Virus record (IMG/VR): IMGVR_UViG_3300033487_000013
Location: 1-46,402 of that record
Source: a virus
Taxonomy: Duplodnaviria; Caudoviricetes
Length of the DNA: 46,402 bases
Strand: one strand, 5' to 3'
The translations under genes were made by a program, and so were the position numbers. This document shows positions 1-9,643 of the stretch, one piece after another; the stretch's first letter is position 1; each line of letters begins with the position of its first letter. The notes beneath the pieces were generated by a model. It was not told the DNA's origin. It saw nothing but the letters and a program-made list of their open reading frames with translations, and did no database searches.

Positions 1-71
1 AGGATGGTTTGTTTTTACGTACATCCTATAAAGAAAAAATTGGAAGGAAACTATTATGTGATCATAAATTA

Positions 72-105
72 CTGCCAATTAAATCTTAGAAAAGTTAATT
101 GGCAG
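72..105 (+). promoter_or_regulatory. Intergenic stem-loop (possible terminator or RNA-processing hairpin)
   Basis: 11-bp perfect inverted repeat CTGCCAATTAA (72-82) / TTAATTGGCAG (95-105) with a 12-nt loop; only a weak U-tract follows. Confidence 0.35.
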
Positions 106-148
106 ACATTTGTGATTAAATAAACTTTCAATGAAAGAGGAAAATAAA

Positions 149-325
149 ATGAGAGCATTAGCATCTTTTATAATTTCTGGAATAGTAACAACATTAATAA
201 TTGTAATTCTATTCATTATTTATCCCACAAAAAATATTCCGTTTTTATGCGGAATGTATTGGATAGTGGGAATAATAGTATGGATCTTATCTTTAAGAAT
301 TATTAATTCAAGAGATAATGAATAA
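149..325 (+). CDS. Small two-TM membrane protein
   Basis: Start moved from 131 to ATG 149, after AAGAGGAAAATAAA; two hydrophobic stretches. Confidence 0.6.
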   Translation: MRALASFIISGIVTTLIIVILFIIYPTKNIPFLCGMYWIVGIIVWILSLRIINSRDNE

Positions 326-425
326 GGAGGAAAATGAAACTTTATATTATAAGACGGTCGAGTATCTCCCGTTGAAAAAAGAAATAAATATTTGCCTTAG
401 ATAAAAAATGAAAGAGGAAAATAAA

Positions 426-752
426 ATGTGTGAAATGATTGAAAAATTCAATGAAGATACTGTAACAATTTTTGAAGGGTTTAAGAAAGAAGATTATTCA
501 GTAATTTATAAATTGTGGGATTCTGAAGAATCTGAAAAAGCTGGTTCTAAATTTAAAGTTGGTGATAAAGTATTTTTTCCTGATATGATGGATGTATTTG
601 AAATTAAAGGTATTAACTATATGGGGGATGATGAAATAGTATTAGAAAATGGTGATTTACAAAAAGTAAAAATATTTGAATATGCTTTAAGTGGATATAA
701 GTTTTTAGTTTATGAAGATGAATTAGAAATTCCAGTTTCAGGGAGTAACTAA
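426..752 (+). CDS. Hypothetical protein
   Basis: Start moved to 426, after the same RBS motif; acidic; FKVGDKV suggests an SH3-like barrel. Confidence 0.65.
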   Translation: MCEMIEKFNEDTVTIFEGFKKEDYSVIYKLWDSEESEKAGSKFKVGDKVFFPDMMDVFEIKGINYMGDDEIVLENGDLQKVKIFEYALSGYKFLVYEDELEIPVSGSN

Positions 753-849
753 ATATGTTATCTACAATTTGTTTTTCAGCAGTAATATTGTTTATTGCTG
801 TAATTTGTCTATTAATTATGCAACCAAAAAATGAAAGAGGATAAATAAA

Positions 850-1011
850 ATGCACACAATAACTATTACTACAAATCAAGGAACAAATATTATAATTAAA
901 TTTGCTGAAGTATCATTTATCAACAAAGAAAAAGTAATTTTTTACGTTGATGAAACTCGGTTTGAAGTTTCATTAACAAATGGTACATCAATTCAAATTG
1001 AAAGGGGATAA
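850..1011 (+). CDS. Small hypothetical protein (53 aa, not in ORF track)
   Basis: AAGAGGATAAATAAA-ATG; reads MHTITITTNQG...IQIERG*. Confidence 0.55.
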   Translation: MHTITITTNQGTNIIIKFAEVSFINKEKVIFYVDETRFEVSLTNGTSIQIERG

Positions 1012-1018
1012 ATAAAAA

Positions 1019-1147
1019 ATGCACATTCCAGAATATTATTATTTCTTTATAGGACTAGCTATAATGCTATGTTTAACATGGATTCTAATTATTTGTTTTG
1101 ATAAAAGGAAAAAACAAAAGGCAGATAAGAAGAGGAAAATAAAATGA
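1019..1147 (+). CDS. Small single-TM protein (42 aa, not in ORF track)
   Basis: AGGGGA RBS; hydrophobic core then basic tail; ATGA overlap with next ORF. Confidence 0.45.
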   Translation: MHIPEYYYFFIGLAIMLCLTWILIICFDKRKKQKADKKRKIK

Positions 1148-1320
1148 AAGTAAAAATTGTAAAAAACCAAAATGGAGATTTATATTTAAAAGTTTGTAAA
1201 TTGGGTAAGTTTCCTAAATATATTAGAGTTGATTTGTTAGTCCAACCACAAGAATTAATTTATCAAACTGATTATAAAAAATTAGCGGAAGAGTATTTGG
1301 ATGAGGAAAAAACAAAATGA
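1144..1320 (+). CDS. Small hypothetical protein (58 aa, not in ORF track)
   Basis: AAGAGGAAAATAAA-ATG; MKVKIVKNQNG...; ATGA overlap with 1317. Confidence 0.55.
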   Translation: MKVKIVKNQNGDLYLKVCKLGKFPKYIRVDLLVQPQELIYQTDYKKLAEEYLDEEKTK

Positions 1321-1517
1321 ATACTAAATATAATAATTTCGGAAAGTTATTTAATAAAATATTAAATTTTTCAGCTAATTTCTTTTTGGCGTATATTTTT
1401 ATTACTTGGATAAATACCTTGTTTGATTTTAAAAATATTTTAACTATCCTAGCGATACTTATTGGGGGTTCATTAGTATTATCTATTTTCTTTTTTGTTT
1501 TGGGAAGGAAAAAATAA
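1317..1517 (+). CDS. Small two-TM membrane protein
   Basis: GAGGAAAAAACAAA RBS; two hydrophobic segments. Confidence 0.55.
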   Translation: MNTKYNNFGKLFNKILNFSANFFLAYIFITWINTLFDFKNILTILAILIGGSLVLSIFFFVLGRKK

Positions 1518-1518
1518 A

Positions 1519-1710
1519 ATGAACCACTTCTTTGTTATTTATTTTTACTTAGTATCAGGAACTTTTCTTATTAAGAAATTTGAAACTGAAACGGAAAGGA
1601 ATAACTTTTATAAGGAACAAAAAGCCAGATTAATTATGGGAGCAAAATATATTGAGTTAGAAAATCATATAATTAATGTGGCTAATTTAGAGTATATGGA
1701 AAAGGGATAA
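1519..1710 (+). CDS. Hypothetical protein
   Basis: Start moved to ATG 1519, after GAAGGAAAAAATAAA. Confidence 0.55.
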   Translation: MNHFFVIYFYLVSGTFLIKKFETETERNNFYKEQKARLIMGAKYIELENHIINVANLEYMEKG

Positions 1711-1714
1711 ATAA

Positions 1715-2980
1715 ATGAATCAATATCCAATAATAACTAGCGTAGGAATAGAAATTGAAATTGAAAATGTTAGTGTTCATAAATTAGGAAATAGAAATTT
1801 AATTTCTGATAATATTCAATTTCATTTAACTCATGATGCTAGTTGTGAAACTAATAAAAGAGTTTTAAATGGATTAGAAGTAGAATATGATGATGATTTA
1901 TCCTATTTAATGAATATGATGTTAAGAAAAGAAACTTTTGGAGGTGAATTAGTTTCTTCAGTAATAGATACCGAAAATAATTATTTAGGAGATTTAAAGA
2001 AAATAACAAAAACTCTTTTAGATTTAGGCGAAGAACCAAAATCTTTTAGAGCGGGTTTTCATATTCATATTTGTTTACCAATTAGTTTAGCAATCCTAAA
2101 AAATACAATGAGATTAGCAAGGCATTTAGAACAAGTTTTTTATTTATTAGGTACTGCTGGTTATGAATTTAGAGGAATTAAAAATGATTCAATTTATTGT
2201 CGTCCAATAACTAAAAAAGGCCCGGTTGTAGTTCCATTAAGTAAAGGATTTGCACAGGTATTTAATATCACAGATTTATTAAAATCTAATTCTGTAATTG
2301 AATTTAAAGATAGATACGGAGATTTAGATCAATTAATGACTAGATATATTCCAGTAAGATATCATTTTATTAATCTTGTTCCTTTATGGACACAAGGAAG
2401 TGTAGAATTTAGAGTATTTAATAAAACAACTAATCCATTTATTATGAAAGCATGGATAGATTTTTGTAAAGGAGTTGTTGAATATATTGTTTCTACATCA
2501 TTTAATGATTTAAAAGATGAAGGATTTTTAAAAGAAAATTCAGTTTTTGATGTTGATTTTGATTCTAGGGAATATATTATTGAAACATATAAAGCTTTTA
2601 CTACTAAAATTAAATTGGATGAAAGATCGGATGAAATTTTATTAGATATTTTAGAAAGAGGAGATTTAAGTTCTATTGCATTACCAAATGAATTTGTTTA
2701 TTCTCATTTAGGTGAAAGATCTATGATTCATTGGAGAAATAGTACGTATAAACCAGAATTAATAAAAGAATTTATTAAGAATCCAACATTTGTTGATGTT
2801 CATATTTTAGATAGAACAAATCAAACTTTACAAAGAAGAATAGGAAGGGAAGGAAATGAAAATATAGATATAACAAGATTAAATCCTGATTGGTTTACTT
2901 TATCAACAAATACTGATGAAATTAATGATCAAGAAGATGATGATGAAGAAATTTTTAATTCAGAAGAAGAAGAAGAATAA
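1715..2980 (+). CDS. Putative amidoligase (Amidoligase_2, COOH-NH2 ligase fold)
   Basis: Motifs GIEIEIE, HDAS, ELVS, GFHIHI, RYHFINL and VEFRVF in the expected order; acidic C-terminal tail. Confidence 0.85.
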   Translation: MNQYPIITSVGIEIEIENVSVHKLGNRNLISDNIQFHLTHDASCETNKRVLNGLEVEYDDDLSYLMNMMLRKETFGGELVSSVIDTENNYLGDLKKITKTLLDLGEEPKSFRAGFHIHICLPISLAILKNTMRLARHLEQVFYLLGTAGYEFRGIKNDSIYCRPITKKGPVVVPLSKGFAQVFNITDLLKSNSVIEFKDRYGDLDQLMTRYIPVRYHFINLVPLWTQGSVEFRVFNKTTNPFIMKAWIDFCKGVVEYIVSTSFNDLKDEGFLKENSVFDVDFDSREYIIETYKAFTTKIKLDERSDEILLDILERGDLSSIALPNEFVYSHLGERSMIHWRNSTYKPELIKEFIKNPTFVDVHILDRTNQTLQRRIGREGNENIDITRLNPDWFTLSTNTDEINDQEDDDEEIFNSEEEEE

Positions 2981-2992
2981 AGGAAAAATAAA

Positions 2993-3880
2993 ATGTATAA
3001 TTTAACTTTTGGAGCAGATCCCGAAGTATTTGCCACTATTAATTTAAATGGAGAATATGAAGTTATTTCTCCAGCTCTATTAAATAAATTTAGTGGCATG
3101 GAATTTATTACAAAAGATTACAAACATCCTACATTTATAGAAGAAAAAGATTTTATTTGGATGATGGATGGAGTAGCAACAGAATTAACATTAAATAAAC
3201 CATATCAAGATCCATTTTTAATGAAAAACGATTTACTTAACAGTTTAGATTCATTGCAAGAATTCTTATCTAAATTATCTTTTGAAGGAAATGATCTTCA
3301 CTTATATAAAAAACCAGTAGTAAAAATTAATCCAGAAAGATATTTACCTTATTTAGAAGATGAGTTAATTTATCAAGGATTTATTTTTGGTTGTGATCCT
3401 GATAAAGATGCTATTTTACCTGATTATAGATGTCAAACATTTAAAGTAAAAGATCATAAATTAAGATATGGAGGAGGACATATTCATTTAGGATCAAATG
3501 ATTTAGAAATTAGAAAAGCAATTAAAGAAAATGTACATAGATTAGTACATTTAATGGCAATTGGAGTAGGAAATTTATGTATTTCTACTTCTGTATTTCC
3601 TGAAGAAGATAAATTAAGAGTATTTCATTATGGAAAACCAGGAAGATTTAGAGATGATAAAGAATATGGAATAGAATATAGGACACCAAGTAATAGTTGG
3701 TTAAGTAATTTAGATATCTTACCTCAAATATTTGAAACATGTAATAAATGTATTTATTATTTACTACGTGAAAAAGAAGGATTGGAGAAAACAATTCAAT
3801 TATTGCCTAAAACTATAGAATCTATTACTACTGCCAATCAAGATTTAGCTGAAAATTTATATAAGGAATTTATGGAGTAA
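2993..3880 (+). CDS. phiEco32-like COOH-NH2 ligase type 2
   Basis: GADPEVF, DGVATE, GCDPD, RYGGGHIHLG, YGKPGRFR, YGIEYRTPSNSW. Confidence 0.9.
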   Translation: MYNLTFGADPEVFATINLNGEYEVISPALLNKFSGMEFITKDYKHPTFIEEKDFIWMMDGVATELTLNKPYQDPFLMKNDLLNSLDSLQEFLSKLSFEGNDLHLYKKPVVKINPERYLPYLEDELIYQGFIFGCDPDKDAILPDYRCQTFKVKDHKLRYGGGHIHLGSNDLEIRKAIKENVHRLVHLMAIGVGNLCISTSVFPEEDKLRVFHYGKPGRFRDDKEYGIEYRTPSNSWLSNLDILPQIFETCNKCIYYLLREKEGLEKTIQLLPKTIESITTANQDLAENLYKEFME

Positions 3881-3887
3881 ATTTAAG

Positions 3888-4931
3888 ATGGATATAACTT
3901 TTGACTATCAAACAATTTCAGATAATAATTCTCTTTTTACCGCATTGCTTTTTGAGGGAGATTTATTTTTACACCTGCCATATACATTTTATTTATATAA
4001 TGCAGATAATATAGCAATCGTAGAAAAAATAGGAAAAGAATATAAGTTTAAATTAACAACTTTAATACAAACAAGTAGAGATAATATTCTAAAAGAAAAA
4101 GATACTTTTATAAATAATTTAGAATCTTATTCTGATGCAACTAAATTTTTACTTGATTTGAACAGGAAACTTGTAATTTCTTATTATAAAAAAGATGGGA
4201 GTTATTTATATCATCCTAATTTATTTAGTAAAATTCCTCCAACAGAAAAAACTGGTTCTTTTATTCTTAGAAGTGAACAAGATAATAAACTATATAAAAT
4301 ATATAAAAGGACTTCTTGGAATTTAGTAGTTTATATGGCAAAGTGTATAAAAGAATATCAATTAGATTGTTCTAATATTATCAAAAGGGTAAATGAAAAT
4401 TCGATAAGTCTTATTTTACAAATGCTTGCTAAGAAACATTCATTCTTTATTTGTAAATCAGACGTTGATAATTTTTATTATACAACCCTTGTAAAAATGT
4501 TACAATCTCCTTATATGAAAGAAAAATCTATAGCACCTTTTCCTTATTTAGAGGAGAAAAGTTTAGAAAAATTAAATAAAACAATACAAAAAAGTCTATT
4601 TAAACTGGAATCAACAAACGAGAAAGAAGATATAATAGAAGGAAAAGAAAAGATTTATCTTTCAAAAGTATTGAAAAATGGATTAGATCCTCATTGGAGA
4701 TTTGAAAAAGTACAAATTGATATTAATGTAGGAAAAGATATAGAAGAAATGTGGGTAAGTAATTCATCATTATATGTTTATATTTCTACAGGAATTCTAG
4801 ATGTAAAAAATTATGAGGAAAATTATGATTTGTATTTGGCAGATTTAAAGAAAAGATTGAATTTTGAAAAAGTAACGTTAATTGAATCAAATGATGATCC
4901 TGATGTAGATACTTTAGCATTATTAATGTAG
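3888..4931 (+). CDS. Hypothetical protein inside the ligase cluster
   Basis: 347-aa ORF, tight spacing, no recognised motif. Confidence 0.7.
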   Translation: MDITFDYQTISDNNSLFTALLFEGDLFLHLPYTFYLYNADNIAIVEKIGKEYKFKLTTLIQTSRDNILKEKDTFINNLESYSDATKFLLDLNRKLVISYYKKDGSYLYHPNLFSKIPPTEKTGSFILRSEQDNKLYKIYKRTSWNLVVYMAKCIKEYQLDCSNIIKRVNENSISLILQMLAKKHSFFICKSDVDNFYYTTLVKMLQSPYMKEKSIAPFPYLEEKSLEKLNKTIQKSLFKLESTNEKEDIIEGKEKIYLSKVLKNGLDPHWRFEKVQIDINVGKDIEEMWVSNSSLYVYISTGILDVKNYEENYDLYLADLKKRLNFEKVTLIESNDDPDVDTLALLM

Positions 4932-4943
4932 GAGAAAATTAAA

Positions 4944-5678
4944 ATGGAAGTGAATTTTTATTACACTCGATCAAAAGAATTTCCATATAGAAGTTCTTTT
5001 ATACAAGCAATTAATTCTAATGAGAATATAGTAGAAACTGTAAGTGTAGAACAAACTATAATATCAATTTTAAATGGAGATATAGATGCCAATCATATTT
5101 TTTGTAATGCATTTTCAAATTTTTGTAGGGAATTACTTTTAGAAGATGCTAAAAAATGCTTTTCCTTATTAGTTAATTACAATTTTTTTAGAATGGCTTA
5201 TGCGAAATTTCCTTTTTCACTTAATCATCAAGTTTATGGTATATTTCGTCCAGAAGAAAATTTAATTAATCTTAGAAATTTAAAAAATATTGCCGATATC
5301 TCAATGATATTTTTCCTTCATAAACATTTAAGAACGTTTACTGATGAAAAAGACATTGTACGAGTAATTTTAGAAAATAGTTATGAATGTTTTTCTCATC
5401 CATTGCAAAAAGCTTTAACTGCTTACTATTATTTTACTAGATATAAATATCCAGAACTTATTAAAATATGTCGTTTAGATAATATAGATGGGCCGACTAC
5501 TTATATGGAAGATGATTTGTTTTTAGATAGAAAAACAGGTAAAATAGGAAATATAACCTTTTTAGAATTTTGTGTTCGTTATAAAAAAGAATTAACTCCA
5601 ATCCTTAAGCAAGAGTTTAAATTATATTATAAAATAGATACTTATAATGCAATGTTAGAAACTATAAGAGGTGTCTAA
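4944..5678 (+). CDS. Hypothetical protein inside the ligase cluster
   Basis: 244-aa ORF with GGAG RBS. Confidence 0.7.
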   Translation: MEVNFYYTRSKEFPYRSSFIQAINSNENIVETVSVEQTIISILNGDIDANHIFCNAFSNFCRELLLEDAKKCFSLLVNYNFFRMAYAKFPFSLNHQVYGIFRPEENLINLRNLKNIADISMIFFLHKHLRTFTDEKDIVRVILENSYECFSHPLQKALTAYYYFTRYKYPELIKICRLDNIDGPTTYMEDDLFLDRKTGKIGNITFLEFCVRYKKELTPILKQEFKLYYKIDTYNAMLETIRGV

Positions 5679-6038
5679 ATGTTAAGGCACACTAAATGCG
5701 GAGAAATGGTCGTTATAAATTTAAATGAATTAATTTCTTTAGATGGAATTGGAATTATAGGATCTGATTTAAACATTGTAATTGGCAAAATATATTTCAA
5801 AACTAATAAAAAGAAATCAACTAAGGTTAATTTTGTATGTCAACATTGTAAAACAGAAAATCTTTCTCTAGAAGAAATTTATGATAGTTGTAATAATTGC
5901 AGTAGAAATAATATCTTAAGTTCTTTATTTATTCCACTTGAAAGTGGAGGACTTTTTTGTGACAAATGTATAGTTAAATTCTTTAAAGAAGAAAAAACAA
6001 TAAATGTTACTGAAATAAACGGAGTAACAATTCCTTAA
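5679..6038 (+). CDS. Zinc-finger protein
   Basis: HTKC, CQHC, CNNC and CDKC pairs. Confidence 0.7.
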   Translation: MLRHTKCGEMVVINLNELISLDGIGIIGSDLNIVIGKIYFKTNKKKSTKVNFVCQHCKTENLSLEEIYDSCNNCSRNNILSSLFIPLESGGLFCDKCIVKFFKEEKTINVTEINGVTIP

Positions 6039-6047
6039 GGAGATTAT

Positions 6048-7208
6048 ATGTGCGAATTAACTTTTATCAATTTACATAATAAAAATATGAATTCGATAGA
6101 GCTAATCACTCAATTAATTACAAATTCTTTTCTAGATAATAAAGACGGGTTTGGATTTTTCTCTCAAAATACTGGAATTTTTAAATTAGAAAAAAATCTA
6201 AGAGAAATAGAAATTGGGCCAATTGTTAGAAATTTTATAAAAGATGATTTACCTATTTTAGCACATATTAGATCTGCATCTTTAACTGATGGGAAAAAAG
6301 AAGTTAAACAAGAATTTAATCATCCTTTTGAATCAAAGCATTTTATTTTTGCTCACAATGGTACTTTAGAATTTAAAGATAAATTTCTTCAAGAAAAAAA
6401 TAAAGAGAATTTAGATTCATTAAATTTCCTAAATAGAATGGAAGAAATCTTATCAACAAAGAAAAGAAACTTTCCAATAGAAGAATTGTTAGTAGAAACA
6501 ATGAAAGAATTTACTGGAAAATTTGCTTTTCTTATTTTCGATAAAAGAGATAAAAAATATTATGCGGCAAGAGGAAAATTAGCTAAATTAGCTTTAGCTT
6601 TATTTTCTTGGGAAGAACTTCCTATTGGCTATATTATAAATACATCTCAATTAGATTTAGATAAAAATTTAGATTATTTTGAGGTTGTTACATCTTTATA
6701 TGGAGAAGGTAAATATGATTTTATTAAATTCTCAGAATTAAAAGAAGAATCCATTTTTAGACTTGACGATTTAGAGGTTGTAAATATCGGTGAAATTAAA
6801 GAAAATACAAAAGAATATGTTGGAGTAAGAGTTCCTTATAATCGTGTTAATAGAAGTTATTATGATATTTATGATGAAGAAGATGATGGTGATTTAAACT
6901 CTTTTTTTACTGACAAGTATAATTCACCTTTAGACATATCAGAATTAAATTATCTAGCTAATGTAATCTTTAAAACACCATTGATTTATTTATCTGATAT
7001 TGAATTGGATGATGTATTAACTGTGGTAAAAGAATTAGAGCGTAGTAATTCTAATCTAAAAGCAAAACTTTGGAGATTAATCTTAAAATATAGTAACATT
7101 AGTTCCTTAGAAGTTTATAAGACATATCCATTTATAAATTTTCCTTACATGTTAAATGAAACTTCGGATTTAAGAGAGTTAGCTAATTTACTAAGGAAAA
7201 AAGTATAA
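6048..7208 (+). CDS. Class II (Ntn) glutamine amidotransferase domain protein
   Basis: N-terminal nucleophile M-C, DGFG, HIRSAS, NHPF, HNGT, DS, GKFAF. Confidence 0.88.
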   Translation: MCELTFINLHNKNMNSIELITQLITNSFLDNKDGFGFFSQNTGIFKLEKNLREIEIGPIVRNFIKDDLPILAHIRSASLTDGKKEVKQEFNHPFESKHFIFAHNGTLEFKDKFLQEKNKENLDSLNFLNRMEEILSTKKRNFPIEELLVETMKEFTGKFAFLIFDKRDKKYYAARGKLAKLALALFSWEELPIGYIINTSQLDLDKNLDYFEVVTSLYGEGKYDFIKFSELKEESIFRLDDLEVVNIGEIKENTKEYVGVRVPYNRVNRSYYDIYDEEDDGDLNSFFTDKYNSPLDISELNYLANVIFKTPLIYLSDIELDDVLTVVKELERSNSNLKAKLWRLILKYSNISSLEVYKTYPFINFPYMLNETSDLRELANLLRKKV

Positions 7209-7939
7209 TGTATATATTAACTAAAAGATTTTTATTTCCGTCTGCCAGGATTTTAAGGGATTCATTACAAGAAATTACAAAGGAAAAAATACTAATAACA
7301 ATTGATCCAACTAAAGTAAAACAACCTTTTATTAGATTTGGTAATTCAGATCTATTACCATTTGAAACTCAATATAATTCTGCTAATTTTGTTAAATTTT
7401 GTACAAATAAATTAAATTTTTCTAAAGTAATGAAAGAAAATAATATTCCTTCTCCAGTTTATAATAAAAATAAACCAGAAGAATATCCAATCTTAATCAG
7501 ACAAACTTTATTTGGATCTAGAGGAAAAGGAATTGTTTTAGTAAAAGATGAAAATACTTTTCAAGATATTTGGAACATGAGTTATTTTTGGACACCATTC
7601 TATAAAATTGATTTTGAATTAAGAGTACACATTCTTGGAGGTAAAATAGCAAAGATATTCAAAAAAGAATTGGAAGAAGATTCTGAATATCCCATAAGAA
7701 ATAATGAATTCTGTCACTTTGCAGTTAAAGATTCTATTAAATTTCCAAAGCTATTTCCTTTTGTAGACACTCTTATTCAAGTTCCAGAAATAAATTGTGG
7801 TAAATTTTATTCTTTAGATGTAGGATGGGATAGTTATAATAAAAATTATTTTGTATTTGAAATGAATTCTGCATCAGGATTAAATGAAAACACTTCTAAA
7901 TTATATGCTGAATATCTAGCTAAAGAAATGGAGTTATAA
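7208..7939 (+). CDS. ATP-grasp ligase (phage RimK-like)
   Basis: NK, GSRGKGI, ELRVHI, LDVGW, FEMNSASGL (ExN motif). Confidence 0.85.
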   Translation: MYILTKRFLFPSARILRDSLQEITKEKILITIDPTKVKQPFIRFGNSDLLPFETQYNSANFVKFCTNKLNFSKVMKENNIPSPVYNKNKPEEYPILIRQTLFGSRGKGIVLVKDENTFQDIWNMSYFWTPFYKIDFELRVHILGGKIAKIFKKELEEDSEYPIRNNEFCHFAVKDSIKFPKLFPFVDTLIQVPEINCGKFYSLDVGWDSYNKNYFVFEMNSASGLNENTSKLYAEYLAKEMEL

Positions 7940-7940
7940 A

Positions 7941-8144
7941 ATGTATGAAGTAATTGAAATAAAATCTAGAGATTTTATAAGTAAACTATTTTCTAAATTA
8001 ATTAGAATTGAGTTTCAAGTAATAAATGATAAACTTCATGGAAAAGTTACTACAATTGGTATTGATATTTGGAAATTTTGGTTATATATTTGGATTAAAG
8101 ATGGTAGTAGTCCAGAAATAGAGCTTTTCTTTAATGCAGAGTAA
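7941..8144 (+). CDS. Hypothetical protein
   Basis: GGAG RBS, in operon. Confidence 0.5.
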   Translation: MYEVIEIKSRDFISKLFSKLIRIEFQVINDKLHGKVTTIGIDIWKFWLYIWIKDGSSPEIELFFNAE

Positions 8145-8183
8145 TATAAACTATAGTTTATTAGTATAAAAAAGGATTAGAAT

Positions 8184-9005
8184 ATGACAGCACAATTAGT
8201 AAAGAGATATTTAGATAAATATTTTATAGGACAGGAGTTAATTAAACAAGAACTAAGTATTTTATTACAAGCAATGGTTAATGGATATAATTTTTCTATT
8301 TTATTTAGAGGAGGATCTGGTTCTGGAAAAACTTATTTATCAGAAGTTTGTGTAAATTATCTATTAATTAAAGCGCATGAAGATTTTTCTTATTATTTAA
8401 TGGATACAGATAATTTTAGATTAACAGATAAAAGGATACATATCTTAGATGAAGTACATAAATTTAAAGACCAAGAATTAATTTATCCTTATTTAGATAG
8501 TGGAAAGTATACAGTTTTTATATGTACCAATGAATATGATGAATTAAAAGATCCATTAATTAGAAGGTGTATAAATTTCACATTCGAATCTTATTCGATT
8601 GAAGAATTAATGCAAATGGCACAAAAATATTTTATGAAAAGAAGGGTAGAATTAAAAACTTCTTATTTAGAAATAATAGTTTCATCTTCCAGATTTAGTC
8701 CGGCAAGTGTTTTAATGTTAAGTAAAAGATTATTTTACATCTTTAAACAAGAAGGAATTCCAACTAATGAATTAAAATTATTAGAATTAATTTCAAAGTA
8801 TTTTAAAATTGAGGAAGGATTATCCGAAGTTGATAGAGAATATTTATCTTTTCTAAAAAGAAATGGAATGGCTGGATTAAATACTTTAAGTGTAATCTTA
8901 GGAATTCCAAAGAAAATAATTACAGACGAAATTGAACCATTTTTAATCAAAAGGAATTTAATTAGAATTACCCCAAGAGGAAGGATTTTATATGAGTCTA
9001 CTTAA
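8184..9005 (+). CDS. ruvB: RuvB-like Holliday junction branch-migration AAA+ ATPase
   Basis: Walker A GGSGSGKT, Walker B ILDEVH, PLIRR; RuvB C-terminal signature GL..DREYL...GL.TL...LG...DEIEPFLI...ITPRGR. Confidence 0.8.
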   Translation: MTAQLVKRYLDKYFIGQELIKQELSILLQAMVNGYNFSILFRGGSGSGKTYLSEVCVNYLLIKAHEDFSYYLMDTDNFRLTDKRIHILDEVHKFKDQELIYPYLDSGKYTVFICTNEYDELKDPLIRRCINFTFESYSIEELMQMAQKYFMKRRVELKTSYLEIIVSSSRFSPASVLMLSKRLFYIFKQEGIPTNELKLLELISKYFKIEEGLSEVDREYLSFLKRNGMAGLNTLSVILGIPKKIITDEIEPFLIKRNLIRITPRGRILYEST

Positions 9006-9642
9006 TTTGTTTCATAAAGATAATAATCTTTTAGAGGATATAGCAATTGCTACTTATCCATTTATGAATTCTTTTAGAGATGTTTTTGATCAACAAATTA
9101 ATATAATTGGACATCCAAATTTCTTTAATGAAAATGCATTTAAGCTTGCTAAACTAATTATATTTAGTGGAGGAGAAGATATTAATCCTGCTATTTATGG
9201 AAAGAAAAATACACATTCTCATTTCAGTCTATTAAGAGATCAAGTTGAATTAGAAGTATTAGAAAGAAGTCTAAAAGAAAATAAAAAGATATTCGGAGTT
9301 TGTAGAGGACACCAATTAATAAATGCATTTTTAGGTGGAGATTTAATTCAAGATTTATTCCTTGATTTAAAAATCGACCACGAATCATATCATCCATTAG
9401 AAATAGAAAATGAAAATTATTTGACTCCAAAATTCTTTGATTCAGTTAATTCTATGCATCATCAAGGAGTAATAAAAGAAGGAAAAAATCTAATTCCAAC
9501 AAGTTTTTATAAAGGAATAATTGAATCTTGTGAATCTGAAAATATAATTACTGTTCAATTTCATCCTGAATTTATGGGAAGACAAAGTAAAGAATTTTTT
9601 TCCTATTTAAAGAATTGGAAGGATAAAGGAAAGGAAAACTAA
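8992..9642 (+). CDS. Peptidase C26 / gamma-glutamyl-gamma-aminobutyrate hydrolase family (class I GATase)
   Basis: SGGEDINP, RD..E, GVCRGHQLIN..GG, VNSMHHQ, VQFHPE (Cys-His-Glu triad). Confidence 0.92.
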   Translation: MSLLNLFHKDNNLLEDIAIATYPFMNSFRDVFDQQINIIGHPNFFNENAFKLAKLIIFSGGEDINPAIYGKKNTHSHFSLLRDQVELEVLERSLKENKKIFGVCRGHQLINAFLGGDLIQDLFLDLKIDHESYHPLEIENENYLTPKFFDSVNSMHHQGVIKEGKNLIPTSFYKGIIESCESENIITVQFHPEFMGRQSKEFFSYLKNWKDKGKEN

Positions 9643-9643
9643 A

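Noticed and set aside
131-428. Two proteins apparently sharing the N-terminus MKEENKM
   Set aside because: Translation of the repeated RBS junction; the likely starts are 149 and 426
8146-8161. Perfect 16-bp palindrome ATAAACTATAGTTTAT upstream of ruvB
   Set aside because: Almost all A/T in a very AT-rich arm, so chance occurrence is plausible; no second copy noticed
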